From assembly GCA_022614965.1 (NCBI GenBank), contig JAKEHO010000017.1, forward strand, positions 54,280-118,279: a DNA stretch of 64,000 nt. Direction: 5' to 3'. The position numbers and the translations under genes were made by a program. This DNA comes from Gammaproteobacteria bacterium. GTDB lineage: Bacteria > Pseudomonadota > Gammaproteobacteria > JAKEHO01. Of this stretch, positions 1 through 9,727 are shown piece by piece (positions within the stretch are counted from its first letter, which is position 1; the number at the start of each line of letters is the position of its first letter). A model generated the notes under the pieces. The model ran no database searches, had not been told where the DNA came from, and worked only from the letters and a program-made list of their open reading frames with translations.

Positions 1-33
1 TGGGGGATGCTCATCGAGAAGAACAAGGCGTAG
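1..33 (+). CDS. 3' end of an upstream CDS, truncated by the window edge; identity not determinable (serC would fit synteny only)
   Basis: Frame 1 is open from base 1 to TAG at 31-33, 15 nt before pheA. Only 10 codons are visible. Confidence 0.2.
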   Translation, partial: WGMLIEKNKA

Positions 34-48
34 CCTTGCCCAGAAACG

Positions 49-1134
49 ATGTCCGAAGACAATAAACTCAACTCGCTGCGCGAGCGCATTGACTTGCTAG
101 ATGCCGAGCTGCTCAAGCTTATCAGTGAACGTGCCAAACTCGCGACTCAGGTGGCCCATGCCAAAGGTGCCGAATCCAGTGCAGGCACTTGTTATCGGCC
201 GGAACGCGAAGCGCAGGTTCTGCACAAGGTTATCGCCAGAAACGTGGGACCACTGTCTGATGAGGAGATGGCTCGACTTTTCAGGGAGATCATGTCTGCC
301 TGTCTTGCCCTGGAACAGCCGTTGCAAATCGCTTTTCTCGGGCCGGAAGGCACCTTCACTCAGACAGCGGCGCTCAAACATTTTGGACACTCGGTGTACA
401 CCAGGGCTTTCGACAACATCGATGAGGTGTTCAGGGAGGTGGAATCGAGTGCGTGCGACTATGGTGTGGTCCCTGTGGAGAATTCGATCGAGGGAGTCGT
501 CAACCATACATTGGATATGTTCATCAACTCGCCGCTCAAGATCTGCGGGGAAGTGGAGCTCAGAATTCATCATCACCTGCTCCGGAATTTGGAACATTTG
601 GAAGACGTTAAGCGCATCTATGCTCATCATCAGTCGCTGGCTCAGTGCCGCAGATGGCTTGATAATCATCTACCCCGAGTTGAACGGATCCCGGTTAACA
701 GCAATGCCGAGGCTGCACGCCGGGCGGTATCGGAAGGGGATGCGGCTGCGATTGCTGGCGAGGCGGCAGCGGAGTATTACAAACTCAAATGTCTTGTTCG
801 TAACATCGAAGATGAGCCCGATAACACCACCCGCTTCCTGGTCATTGGGCGTCAATCTACCCCGCGCAGCGGGAATGACAAAACCTCGCTGCTCTTTTCG
901 GCGCCCAACAGGCCGGGTGTCTTGTATCAGATGCTCGAGGCCTTTGCGAGCAACGGAATCAGCATGACGCGTATCGAGTCGAGACCATCCCGCCGCGGTA
1001 TGTGGGAATATGTCTTTTTCGTGGATATCGAGGGTCACGCGGAGGATCAACAGATTGCCAAGGCGCTCAGCCAGCTCGCAGAGCGCGCCTCTATGGTAAA
1101 GCTCTTGGGCTCCTATCCGCGTGCGGTGCTCTAG
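49..1134 (+). CDS. pheA: bifunctional chorismate mutase / prephenate dehydratase (P-protein)
   Basis: 361 aa. N-terminal chorismate mutase helix (LRERIDLLDAELLKLISERAKLA), central prephenate dehydratase, C-terminal ACT domain. ATG start. Confidence 0.9.
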   Translation: MSEDNKLNSLRERIDLLDAELLKLISERAKLATQVAHAKGAESSAGTCYRPEREAQVLHKVIARNVGPLSDEEMARLFREIMSACLALEQPLQIAFLGPEGTFTQTAALKHFGHSVYTRAFDNIDEVFREVESSACDYGVVPVENSIEGVVNHTLDMFINSPLKICGEVELRIHHHLLRNLEHLEDVKRIYAHHQSLAQCRRWLDNHLPRVERIPVNSNAEAARRAVSEGDAAAIAGEAAAEYYKLKCLVRNIEDEPDNTTRFLVIGRQSTPRSGNDKTSLLFSAPNRPGVLYQMLEAFASNGISMTRIESRPSRRGMWEYVFFVDIEGHAEDQQIAKALSQLAERASMVKLLGSYPRAVL

Positions 1135-1140
1135 GGGCTG

Positions 1141-2253
1141 ATGGTGTCCTGTGATGTCAATGAGCTCGCGACTCCATGGGTGCGCACTCTTCAGCCCTAT
1201 CAACCTGGGAAATCAATCGAGGCATTGCAACGGGAGTCGGGGCTTAGCAGGGTAGTCAAGCTTGCCTCTAACGAAAACCCGCTGGGCCCGAGTCCGCTTG
1301 CCCTTGAAGCGGTGAGAGCGCAGCTGCCGGTAATTTCTCGCTACCCGGATGGTAACGGGACGGCGTTAAAAGAGGCGTTGGCCAAAAAACTTGGCATCGA
1401 TGTGGATGGAATCACGTTAGGCAATGGTTCGAATGACGTCCTTGAGCTCATCACGCGCGCCTTCGTGACGCCGGCGCATCAAGTGATCTTCTCAGAGCAC
1501 GCCTTCGCCGTTTACCCGATGGTGACGCAGGCAGTCGGGGCCGAAGCGGTTGTTACGCCCGCGCGTGCCCTCGGTCACGATCTTGCCGCGATGGAAGCGG
1601 CACTCAGTGATCGGACGCGGCTTGTTTTCATTGCGAATCCAAACAATCCTACAGGTACGTGGTTGCAAGGAAGCGCATTGAAAGCATTTATCGAGGCCCT
1701 GCCCCGGGAGGTTTTGATCGTTGTTGACGAGGCCTACTGCGACTATGTCGATGTAGTTGGCTATCCACGCTGCGCCTCGTGGGTAGAGCGTAACCCGAAC
1801 CTGATTGTCACGCGCACCTTTTCCAAGGCCTATGGTCTTGCAGGTCTTAGGGTCGGCTATGCGCTATCACACCCCGTCGTCGCTGAGCTATTGAACCGTG
1901 TGCGCCAACCTTTCAATGTCAATAGCCTTGCGCTCGCTGCGGCGCAAGTCGCCCTCGATGATGAAGCCCACATAAGGCAGAGCATCGCGCTAAACAGGGC
2001 CGGCATGGTGCAGCTGACCGAAGGCATTGGGCGTCTTGATCTGGACTATACGCCCTCGGTGGCCAATTTTCTTTGTGTTGACTTCAAGAGGCCCGCGAGT
2101 CCGATCTACGAAGCCCTGTTGCGTCACGGTGTGATTGTGCGCCCCGTTGACAACTACGGCTTGGAGAATCATCTGCGCGTGACCGTCGGACAGGGGCACG
2201 AGAATGCCCAGTTCCTGGCGGCGCTGAAACGAGTCCTTGGGCTAACGCAATGA
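1141..2253 (+). CDS. hisC: histidinol-phosphate aminotransferase
   Basis: 370 aa class II PLP aminotransferase (LASNENPLGPSP; TFSKAYGLAGLRVGY with the PLP lysine). Lies 6 nt after pheA, as in pheA-hisC-tyrA-aroA operons. Confidence 0.85.
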   Translation: MVSCDVNELATPWVRTLQPYQPGKSIEALQRESGLSRVVKLASNENPLGPSPLALEAVRAQLPVISRYPDGNGTALKEALAKKLGIDVDGITLGNGSNDVLELITRAFVTPAHQVIFSEHAFAVYPMVTQAVGAEAVVTPARALGHDLAAMEAALSDRTRLVFIANPNNPTGTWLQGSALKAFIEALPREVLIVVDEAYCDYVDVVGYPRCASWVERNPNLIVTRTFSKAYGLAGLRVGYALSHPVVAELLNRVRQPFNVNSLALAAAQVALDDEAHIRQSIALNRAGMVQLTEGIGRLDLDYTPSVANFLCVDFKRPASPIYEALLRHGVIVRPVDNYGLENHLRVTVGQGHENAQFLAALKRVLGLTQ

Positions 2254-2313
2254 GCAGAGCCGCGAACTTGATGGGGGAGGCGCTATGAGGGTCGAGACGG
2301 CGCCAGTTTTCCT

Positions 2314-3255
2314 ATGGAGGGGGGTTGTGCTGTCGTGGCGTTGATCGGTCGGCTCGCGATCATTGGTGTCGGACTCATCGGAGGTTCCTTGGCGCGTGCC
2401 CTGAAACGTGCGCGTGCCTGCGAACACGTGATCGGCTGCGCCCGGAACCAGGAAGGGCTGAAGAAGGCGATGGCGCTCGGCGTCATCGACGAGTTCGCCA
2501 TGGACGTGGGTAGCGCCACTGAAGGCGCAGATATGGTGGTTGTCGCCACACCCCTTGGCACAACCGAGGCTATCCTGAAGTCCATGGCAGGCCATCTCCA
2601 CGCCGATGCCCTCGTAACGGATGTCGGCAGCGCCAAGGCCACTGTCGCCGCTGCCGCCCGCAAGTCCCTGGACCGGCATCTTGCGCTGTTTGTCCCTGGG
2701 CACCCGGTGGCCGGCACGGAAAAGAGCGGGGTCGAGGCATCCTTCGCCGAATTATTTGAGGGGCACCGTGTGATCCTGACGCCGCTCCTTGAAACGGACC
2801 CCAAGGCCGTTCAACGGGTTCAGAAGATGTGGGAGAAGACAGGAGCCGAGGTCATCATGATGGACGTTGAACGCCATGACAAGCTCCTGGCTGCGACCAG
2901 CCATCTTCCGCATACGTTGGCCTATTCGCTTGTGGATTGCTTGGCACAGATGGACGAACGAGCGGACATCTTTCGCTTCGCGGCAGGAGGCTTTGCTGAC
3001 TTTACCCGGATCGCCTCAAGTAGCCCAAGCATGTGGCACGATATCTGTTTAGCGAACCGCGACAACCTCCTTGAGGTAATCGAGCAGTTCTCTCACCGCC
3101 TCGAGGAACTGAAAGATGCGCTCCGTGAAGCGGACAGTAACGCCCTGATGGAGATGCTCACGCGTGCCAAAGCCGCGCGGGATGTCTACGCGGCTAACTG
3201 CAATTCACAACGCGCACCGGGGAAAACGGGACCCGCTGTCGGGCCCAAGTCGTGA
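2314..3255 (+). CDS. tyrA: prephenate/cyclohexadienyl dehydrogenase
   Basis: 313 aa. Rossmann GxGxxG (IIGVGLIGGS) and PDH-family C-terminus. The stop abuts the aroA ATG. The exact start is uncertain (GTG alternatives downstream). Confidence 0.8.
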   Translation: MEGGCAVVALIGRLAIIGVGLIGGSLARALKRARACEHVIGCARNQEGLKKAMALGVIDEFAMDVGSATEGADMVVVATPLGTTEAILKSMAGHLHADALVTDVGSAKATVAAAARKSLDRHLALFVPGHPVAGTEKSGVEASFAELFEGHRVILTPLLETDPKAVQRVQKMWEKTGAEVIMMDVERHDKLLAATSHLPHTLAYSLVDCLAQMDERADIFRFAAGGFADFTRIASSSPSMWHDICLANRDNLLEVIEQFSHRLEELKDALREADSNALMEMLTRAKAARDVYAANCNSQRAPGKTGPAVGPKS

Positions 3256-4587
3256 ATGGATTGGCCGGGCTCCATTGCCTTTCAGGTTGCGCCCAGTGGG
3301 CCACTTCACGGGCGCATTCGTGTGCCTGGCGACAAGTCCATCTCCCATCGCAGCCTGATCCTAGGGGCGCTTGCCGAGGGAGTCACGGAGGTTCGCGGCT
3401 TTCTCGAAGGCGAAGATACGCTGGCGACCATGGCGGCGCTTTCCGCCATGGGGGTGAAATTCGAACGGCAGGACGCCGGGCAGATCGTGATTCATGGTGT
3501 GGGGCTGCATGGATTCTCGGCCCCCAAAGGGCCGCTTTACCTGGGTAACTCGGGGACCTCCGCGCGTCTCTTCGCCGGAGTGCTTGCAGGCCAGCCATTT
3601 GATTCCGAGCTAACGGGCGATGCCTCGTTGTCGCGAAGGCCGATGCAACGTGTGCTGGAACCGCTCTCACGCATGGGCGCGAGGCTCACCTTAAGCGAGC
3701 GGGGCACCTTGCCTCTGCATATTCGCGGGCAAAAAGGACTTCTGGGTGTCGATTATCAAATGCCTGTCGCCAGCGCCCAAGTCAAGTCCTGCGTCCTGTT
3801 GGCCGGCCTCTATGCCAAAGGTTGGACCTGTGTTACCGAGCCGGCGGTGACCCGAGATCATACCGAGCGGCTTCTGCTCAGGTTCGGCTATCCCCTAACG
3901 CGCGAAGAGAGGCGGATCTGCGTGGAGGGGGGCAGGCGGCTCGCTGCCACAGAGATCGATGTGCCTGCCGATATCTCATCAGCGGCCTTCTTCATGGTCG
4001 GTGCGGCGGTCGTGGAGGGATCCGATATCCTGCTGGAAGAGGTCGGAATCAACCCCACACGAACGGCGGTGATTGAGGTGCTTAGGGAGATGGATGCGGA
4101 TATCACTGTGCACAATCAGCGCACCCTCTCGGGGGAGCCGGTAGCCGACATTCAGGTGCGTGCGCGCCCTCTACACGGGATACCGATCGCTGCGTCACAA
4201 GTGTCGCGGGCGATCGATGAGTTCCCCGCGATCTTCATTGCCGCCGCGTGCGCCCGAGGGCAAACCGTGGTGAGGGGGGCAGCGGAACTGCGTGTCAAAG
4301 AGAGTGACCGGATTGAGGCGATGGCAACGGGCCTAAAGGCCTTGGGGGCGGATGCCGAACCCACAGAGGATGGAATCATCATCAACGGCGGCCATCTGCA
4401 CGGTGGATCCGTCGACAGTTGCGGCGATCATCGCATCGCGATGGCATTTGCCATTGCCGGGATGGCTGCCTCAGCACCGATCCGAGTCCAAAATTGTGCC
4501 AGTGTCGAAACTTCGTTTCCCAAATTTGCAGAGCTCGCACGACGCGCGGGGCTTGATATCGTCATAACGGGGACAGGACGTGGATGA
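3256..4587 (+). CDS. aroA: 3-phosphoshikimate 1-carboxyvinyltransferase (EPSP synthase)
   Basis: 443 aa with EPSPS motifs (LGNSGTSARLF; RPMQRVLEPL; DHRIAMAFA). Confidence 0.92.
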   Translation: MDWPGSIAFQVAPSGPLHGRIRVPGDKSISHRSLILGALAEGVTEVRGFLEGEDTLATMAALSAMGVKFERQDAGQIVIHGVGLHGFSAPKGPLYLGNSGTSARLFAGVLAGQPFDSELTGDASLSRRPMQRVLEPLSRMGARLTLSERGTLPLHIRGQKGLLGVDYQMPVASAQVKSCVLLAGLYAKGWTCVTEPAVTRDHTERLLLRFGYPLTREERRICVEGGRRLAATEIDVPADISSAAFFMVGAAVVEGSDILLEEVGINPTRTAVIEVLREMDADITVHNQRTLSGEPVADIQVRARPLHGIPIAASQVSRAIDEFPAIFIAAACARGQTVVRGAAELRVKESDRIEAMATGLKALGADAEPTEDGIIINGGHLHGGSVDSCGDHRIAMAFAIAGMAASAPIRVQNCASVETSFPKFAELARRAGLDIVITGTGRG

Positions 4588-5281
4588 ACCGCATGTTCCT
4601 GTCATCGCCGTCGACGGACCGAGCGGTACGGGCAAGGGAACCTTGTGTCGCCATCTGGCGACTTGGTTACATTGGCACATTCTGGACAGTGGAGCGCTGT
4701 ATCGTGCCCTGGCCATTGCCTCAGCCAACCGTCGCATTCCCCTCGATGACGATCGTCGATTGGCGGAACTCGCGGCGGACTTGGATGTGAGCTTCCCGGG
4801 CTACACGGACGAAGGTGAGGTGTCGGTCATCCTTGCGGGGGATGATGTGAGTCAGCGTATCCGCAGCGAGACCTGTGCCCGGAATGCCTCGCGCATCGCG
4901 GCGTACCCTTCGGTTCGCAGCGCGCTGCTTGCAAGACAGAGGGCCTATCGCGAGCCTCCCGGGCTCGTCGTTGACGGCCGGGACATGGGAACCGTGGTTT
5001 TCCCTGACGCCGAGGTCAAAGTTTTTCTCATCGCAAGCCAAGAGGAACGTGCGGCCAGGCGTCATAAACAGTTGAAACAAAAAGGAATCGATGTTAACCT
5101 CGGTCAGCTTTTGGCGGCGATAGCCGAACGCGATGCGCGGGATAGTCAGCGTACTGCCTCCCCCCTAAAGCCGGCGCCTGATGCCATCGTTTTCGATACG
5201 ACTGACGTCGATATCGCCGTGATGGTCGGGCATGTTGCAGGGTTAGTACGTGAGCGTCTCCCGGGCGCCGCTCTGCCGTAA
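4580..5281 (+). CDS. cmk: cytidylate kinase
   Basis: 233 aa. GTG start overlaps the aroA stop by 8 nt. P-loop VIAVDGPSGTGKGT. Classic aroA-cmk-rpsA synteny. Confidence 0.88.
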   Translation: MDEPHVPVIAVDGPSGTGKGTLCRHLATWLHWHILDSGALYRALAIASANRRIPLDDDRRLAELAADLDVSFPGYTDEGEVSVILAGDDVSQRIRSETCARNASRIAAYPSVRSALLARQRAYREPPGLVVDGRDMGTVVFPDAEVKVFLIASQEERAARRHKQLKQKGIDVNLGQLLAAIAERDARDSQRTASPLKPAPDAIVFDTTDVDIAVMVGHVAGLVRERLPGAALP

Positions 5282-5341
5282 CACCCCACCGTTCGCGGCC
5301 AAGCGCTCTTATACGTTTACGTTTTATGAGATAGATAAATC

Positions 5342-7012
5342 ATGATGGAACGCTTTGCGGAGTTATTTGAACAGAGCCAAATCGAACAGCGAATGCGCCC
5401 TGGCACCATCGTCACCGGCACAGTGGTAGAGGTAGGCCAGGATCTTGTGGTCGTCAACGCTGGCCTAAAGTCCGAAGGCTTTATACCAATCGAGCAATTC
5501 TATAATGACAGCGGCGAGCTGGAGGTCGCTGTCGGTGACAAGGTGGATGTCGCTCTCGATGCGGTCGAAGATGGTTTTGGCGAAACCCGCCTGTCTCGGG
5601 ACAAGGCAAAACGCTTGTTAGCCTGGAAGCAGTTGGAGGACGCCTACGAGGCCGGGCACACGGTAACTGGCATCATCACCGAGAAGGTAAGAGGTGGCTT
5701 CACCGTGGATATCGATAAGGTTCGCGCCTTTCTGCCGGGTTCCCTGGTTGATGTGCGGCCTGTGCGTGATACCAGTTATCTCGAAGGTAAGCCTTTAGAG
5801 TTCAAGGTGATTAAGATCGACCGCCGCCGCAATAATGTGGTGGTATCCCGACGCGCGGTGGTCGAAAGCGAGACCAGCGCCGAGCGTGAAGCATTGCTTG
5901 AGCGGCTCAAGGAGGGTGTGGTAGTCAAGGGTGTGGTTAAGAACCTCACCGATTATGGGGCTTTTCTCGATCTTGGCGGTATTGACGGTTTGTTACATAT
6001 TACCGATATGGCATGGAAACGTGTGAAGCACCCCAGTGAAATCGTCAACATTGGTGACGAGATCGAAGTGAAGGTACTCAAATTCGACCGGGAGCGAAAC
6101 CGCGTATCACTGGGCTTGAAACAAATGGGTGAAGATCCATGGATGGATCTTGCGCGCCGCTATCCAGAGGGGATCCGCTTGGTTGGCAAGGTGACCAACC
6201 TTGCAGATTATGGCTGTTTTGTCGAGATTGAAGAGGGTGTCGAGGGCCTAGTTCATGTGTCGGAAATGGACTGGACCAATAAGAATGTGCATCCCTCGAA
6301 ACTTGTGCATATTGGACAAGAAGTCGAGGTCATGGTGTTGGATATTGATGAGGAAAGGCGGCGAATTTCCTTGGGAATGAAGCAATGTCAGCCGAACCCC
6401 TGGGAAGCGTTTGCAAGTGTTTATAATAAGGGCGATCGAGTCAAGGGCACGATCAAATCCATCACCGATTTTGGAATATTCATTGGTCTTGAGGGCGGTA
6501 TCGATGGGCTGGTGCATCTGTCGGACATCTCATGGAGCGTCCCAGGTGAGGCGGCAATCCATAAATACAGGAAAGGTGAAGAGGTCGAGGCAGTGGTCCT
6601 TGCTGCTGACGCTGAGCGGGAGCGCATTTCGCTAGGAATCAAGCAACTGGAGAAAGACCCGTTCTCGAGTTATGTAGCGGAGCATCCCAAAGGCACCCTA
6701 GTCAAGGGGACCGTCGAAAAGGTCGATCCGAAGGGTGCGATCGTGCGACTGGCCGATGGTGTCGAAGGGCAATTGCGCGTTACTGAGCTTTCAAAGGATC
6801 GCAAGGTCGAGGATGCGGCGGCTGTTTTGAAAGCGAATGATGAGGTTGAAGCCAAGATCGTCGGCCTTGACCGCAAACAGCGAATCATCACGTTGTCTGT
6901 CAAGGCCAAGGAAACGGATGAAGAGGCGGCGGCGGTTCAGGAGTATGGTAGTGATGCCGCCGGATCGGCAAAATTGGGAGACATACTTAAAGAGCAACTG
7001 GATGGCAAGTAA
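5342..7012 (+). CDS. rpsA: 30S ribosomal protein S1
   Basis: 556 aa with six S1 repeats. The N-terminus ([11 protein letters not shown]) matches the E. coli S1 N-terminus (MTESFAQLFEES). Confidence 0.95.
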   Translation: MMERFAELFEQSQIEQRMRPGTIVTGTVVEVGQDLVVVNAGLKSEGFIPIEQFYNDSGELEVAVGDKVDVALDAVEDGFGETRLSRDKAKRLLAWKQLEDAYEAGHTVTGIITEKVRGGFTVDIDKVRAFLPGSLVDVRPVRDTSYLEGKPLEFKVIKIDRRRNNVVVSRRAVVESETSAEREALLERLKEGVVVKGVVKNLTDYGAFLDLGGIDGLLHITDMAWKRVKHPSEIVNIGDEIEVKVLKFDRERNRVSLGLKQMGEDPWMDLARRYPEGIRLVGKVTNLADYGCFVEIEEGVEGLVHVSEMDWTNKNVHPSKLVHIGQEVEVMVLDIDEERRRISLGMKQCQPNPWEAFASVYNKGDRVKGTIKSITDFGIFIGLEGGIDGLVHLSDISWSVPGEAAIHKYRKGEEVEAVVLAADAERERISLGIKQLEKDPFSSYVAEHPKGTLVKGTVEKVDPKGAIVRLADGVEGQLRVTELSKDRKVEDAAAVLKANDEVEAKIVGLDRKQRIITLSVKAKETDEEAAAVQEYGSDAAGSAKLGDILKEQLDGK

Positions 7013-7346
7013 AGTGGGCATCGAGAAACAACACATAACGAAGTCAGATCTAATTGAATCGCTTGTGCGAAAACAGTCCCAGCTCGCTTATAAGGATGTC
7101 GAATTGGCCGTGAAGACTATTCTCGAACACATGGCTTATACGCTGTCCAATGGTTGGAGGATAGAGATCCGCGGATTTGGCAGCTTTGCGCTTCACTTCC
7201 GGCCGCCCCGTGTGGGTCGAAATCCTAAATCGGGTGAACCTGTGTCGCTCCCGGCGAAATATGTCCCTCACTTTAAACCCGGCAAGCATCTGCGCGAGCG
7301 CGTCGATCATCGCTCAGCGAAACGCGTGACGCCCATTACGAGCTGA
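7002..7346 (+). CDS. ihfB: integration host factor beta subunit
   Basis: HU/IHF fold ([24 protein letters not shown]...[10 protein letters not shown]). The ATG at 7002 overlaps the rpsA stop. A GTG at 7014 is an alternative start. The upstream part of track ORF 6837..7346 is a frame artefact inside rpsA. Confidence 0.8.
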   Translation: MASKVGIEKQHITKSDLIESLVRKQSQLAYKDVELAVKTILEHMAYTLSNGWRIEIRGFGSFALHFRPPRVGRNPKSGEPVSLPAKYVPHFKPGKHLRERVDHRSAKRVTPITS

Positions 7347-7553
7347 CCAAAGAGGCATCCGCCGTGGAGACGGCCGCCGCGGCTTGACCACGCCATTTTG
7401 CGGTGTTGTCTTCATACCGTTCCCTGTTTATCGTAAGGCCTGCGTGTTGCCTCTAACGCCTGTGGACGCCGTGATTCTGCCGATGCCTTCGGGGCCTGAC
7501 AGCCGAAAACCAAACTCAAGACCCTGCATTGGGCATTGGTGCGAGGAGGTTTT

Positions 7554-7847
7554 ATGTCACGTATCTTGAAGGTAATCTTTTTCTTATTCGTACTGATCCT
7601 CGGTCTAGCATTTCACGTCAAAAATGACCAATTGGTGAACCTCAACTACTATATGGGCAGTATACACCTCCCTGTTTCATTGTTGGTTATGTCAAGTTTA
7701 TTGGTTGGCGCGCTGCTTGGAATCTTCGCGAGTCTCGCTTTTATCGCAAAGTTGAAACGTGAAAACGCAAAATTGGCGAGGCTCATCCGGCTCACAGAAG
7801 AGGAAGTCAATAACCTTAGGGCGATCCCGATCAAGGATGTTCCTTAA
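7554..7847 (+). CDS. lapA: lipopolysaccharide assembly protein A (YciS/DUF1049 inner-membrane protein)
   Basis: 97 aa with two TM helices. The ATG is preceded by GAGGAGG 5 nt upstream. Lies between ihfB and lapB, as in E. coli. Confidence 0.75.
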   Translation: MSRILKVIFFLFVLILGLAFHVKNDQLVNLNYYMGSIHLPVSLLVMSSLLVGALLGIFASLAFIAKLKRENAKLARLIRLTEEEVNNLRAIPIKDVP

Positions 7848-9018
7848 TTATTCGCAACTCGTTTGGTTTCTGCTACCGATTGCGGCGGCGTCAGGCTGGT
7901 GGCTCGCACGACGCAATGCACGGACAGCAAAGGCAAACACTGGCCGTCCGCGAATTTCACCGGACTACTTCAAGGGGCTTAACTATTTATTAAATGAGCA
8001 GCCTGACAAGGCTATCGAAGTTTTTATCAAGATGCTCGACGTGGATAGTGAAACGGTGGAGACTCACCTCGCTTTGGGCAACTTGTTTAGGCGGCGTGGC
8101 GAAGTCGATCGTGCAATACGTATACATCAGAATCTGATTGCTCGGCCTACGTTGAACGGTGAGCAGCGTTGCCTCGCGCTGCTCGAATTAGGGATGGATT
8201 ACATGCGCTCGGGCCTCTTGGATCGTGCAGAAAGCCTCTTTCAGGAACTCATCCAAACCAGATCCTATACTGTCCAAGCGTTAACCCAATTGCTGGAAAT
8301 CTACCAGCAAGAAAAAGATTGGGACAAAGCGATTGATACAGCACGCCGGCTTGAATCGAGTTCCGGCGAACGTTTGGTCCCGATAATCGCTCAGTTTTAC
8401 TGTGAGAAAGCGGAGGAGCTTAGGCAAGGAGGACAGGAAGGACAGGCGAGCGATATGGTGCGTCGCGCCTTGAGTGTCGACGCGCACTGCGTGCGCGCAA
8501 GCTTACTCGATGCTGAGCTTGCCGTTAAGGCGGGAAAGCCAAAACTGGCGATCCGCGCCTATAAGCGGATCGAAAAACAAGATCCGGATTTTTTGCCAGA
8601 GGCTATTTATCCCCTTGTCGATTGCTTTCGGGAACTGGGCAAACTCGATGAGCTCATGGTCTACCTTGAGTCCATCGTAGTAAAGCACGGTGGAATCACC
8701 CCAACGCTCGCACTCGCTGAGTTAATTGCTGAACGACACGGCGAAGGTCAAGCTATTGCGTTCATTACAGATGAACTCAGACGGCGTCCGTCGGTCCGCG
8801 GTGTGAACCGGTTGATCAAGTATGCCCTGGCCCACGCAGAAGGTGCCACCAGGGACAATCTGCTTATGATCAAAGATCTGACCGGCAAACTACTCGAGAG
8901 CAAGGCAACATACAAGTGCAACCATTGTGGCTTTGCAGGGAAGTCACTTCATTGGCAATGCCCGAGTTGCAAATATTGGAATTCTGCCAAACCTATCCAC
9001 GGCGTCGAAGGTGAATGA
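7837..9018 (+). CDS. lapB: lipopolysaccharide assembly protein B (YciM): TPR repeats plus C-terminal rubredoxin-like zinc finger
   Basis: 393 aa. N-terminal TM helix (LLPIAAASGWWLARR), TPR repeats, C-terminal CNHCGF...CPSCKYW metal site. Overlaps the lapA end by 11 nt. Confidence 0.85.
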   Translation: MFLNYSQLVWFLLPIAAASGWWLARRNARTAKANTGRPRISPDYFKGLNYLLNEQPDKAIEVFIKMLDVDSETVETHLALGNLFRRRGEVDRAIRIHQNLIARPTLNGEQRCLALLELGMDYMRSGLLDRAESLFQELIQTRSYTVQALTQLLEIYQQEKDWDKAIDTARRLESSSGERLVPIIAQFYCEKAEELRQGGQEGQASDMVRRALSVDAHCVRASLLDAELAVKAGKPKLAIRAYKRIEKQDPDFLPEAIYPLVDCFRELGKLDELMVYLESIVVKHGGITPTLALAELIAERHGEGQAIAFITDELRRRPSVRGVNRLIKYALAHAEGATRDNLLMIKDLTGKLLESKATYKCNHCGFAGKSLHWQCPSCKYWNSAKPIHGVEGE

Positions 9019-9727
9019 GCCACGCATCATTGTGGCGTTGGATTACGGTGATCCAGCCCAGGCGTTGAAATTGGCCAAACAGTTGGATCCCATGCGCTGC
9101 AAGCTAAAAGTGGGTGGAGAAGTATTCACACGCTCGGGGCCCGCGTTTGTAGAGCAGTGTGTGAAGATGGAATTTGATGTGTTTTTGGATCTCAAATTCC
9201 ATGACATCCCTACTACGGTGGCTGAGGCCTGTGCGGCAGCGGCTGACCTCGGAGTATGGATGGTCAATGTCCATGCGATGGGTGGAACGAACATGATGAG
9301 GGCAGCACGTGAATCGATTGATCGGCATCATCATCACCCTTTGCTTGTTGCGGTGACCGTATTAACAAGCTTGTCTGACACTGAGCTTGTGAATATCGGG
9401 ATCGAGGCAAATTCGCTTGAGGAGACCATTCGGCTCGCAGAGCTTGCGAATGATGCAGGGATGGACGGCGTGGTATGCTCCCCGCGCGACGTCGCCGAGC
9501 TCAGACGACGCACAGATCCAGGATTTTGCCTGGTCACACCGGGTATCCGACCGGCAGGAGCCGAATTGAATGATCAAAAGCGATTCGCAACGCCCGCTGA
9601 TGCACTTAGATGCGGTGCCAACTACCTCGTGATCGGACGGCCGATCACCCGTGCTCACGATCCGTTGCAAGCGTTGCATAAAATTGAAACAGAGATCAAC
9701 GTTGAGGCCCCATGTGCTTTTGAGTAA
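9011..9727 (+). CDS. pyrF: orotidine 5'-phosphate decarboxylase
   Basis: RIIVALDY and DLKFHDIPTT motifs. Start placed at an in-frame GTG overlapping the lapB stop. The longer track ORF 8927.. lies inside lapB. Confidence 0.8.
   Translation: MNEPRIIVALDYGDPAQALKLAKQLDPMRCKLKVGGEVFTRSGPAFVEQCVKMEFDVFLDLKFHDIPTTVAEACAAAADLGVWMVNVHAMGGTNMMRAARESIDRHHHHPLLVAVTVLTSLSDTELVNIGIEANSLEETIRLAELANDAGMDGVVCSPRDVAELRRRTDPGFCLVTPGIRPAGAELNDQKRFATPADALRCGANYLVIGRPITRAHDPLQALHKIETEINVEAPCAFE

Noticed and set aside
97-1203. Long antisense and out-of-frame ORFs overlapping pheA (97..669 -, 101..967 +, 670..1203 -). Similar shadows occur throughout the window, for example 2242..2804 -, 9362..10137 -, 14112..14720 +, 21245..22114 -, 39213..40227 -, and the many + ORFs inside yhdP at 48953..52502.
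   Set aside because: High GC suppresses stop codons on non-coding frames. Each overlaps a gene with strong homology-style motifs, and their translations are low-complexity (R/A/P/S/G rich).
6837-7001. Upstream 55 codons of track ORF 6837..7346 (the ihfB frame).
   Set aside because: This stretch lies inside rpsA in another frame. IHF-beta homology begins only at about 7002-7014.
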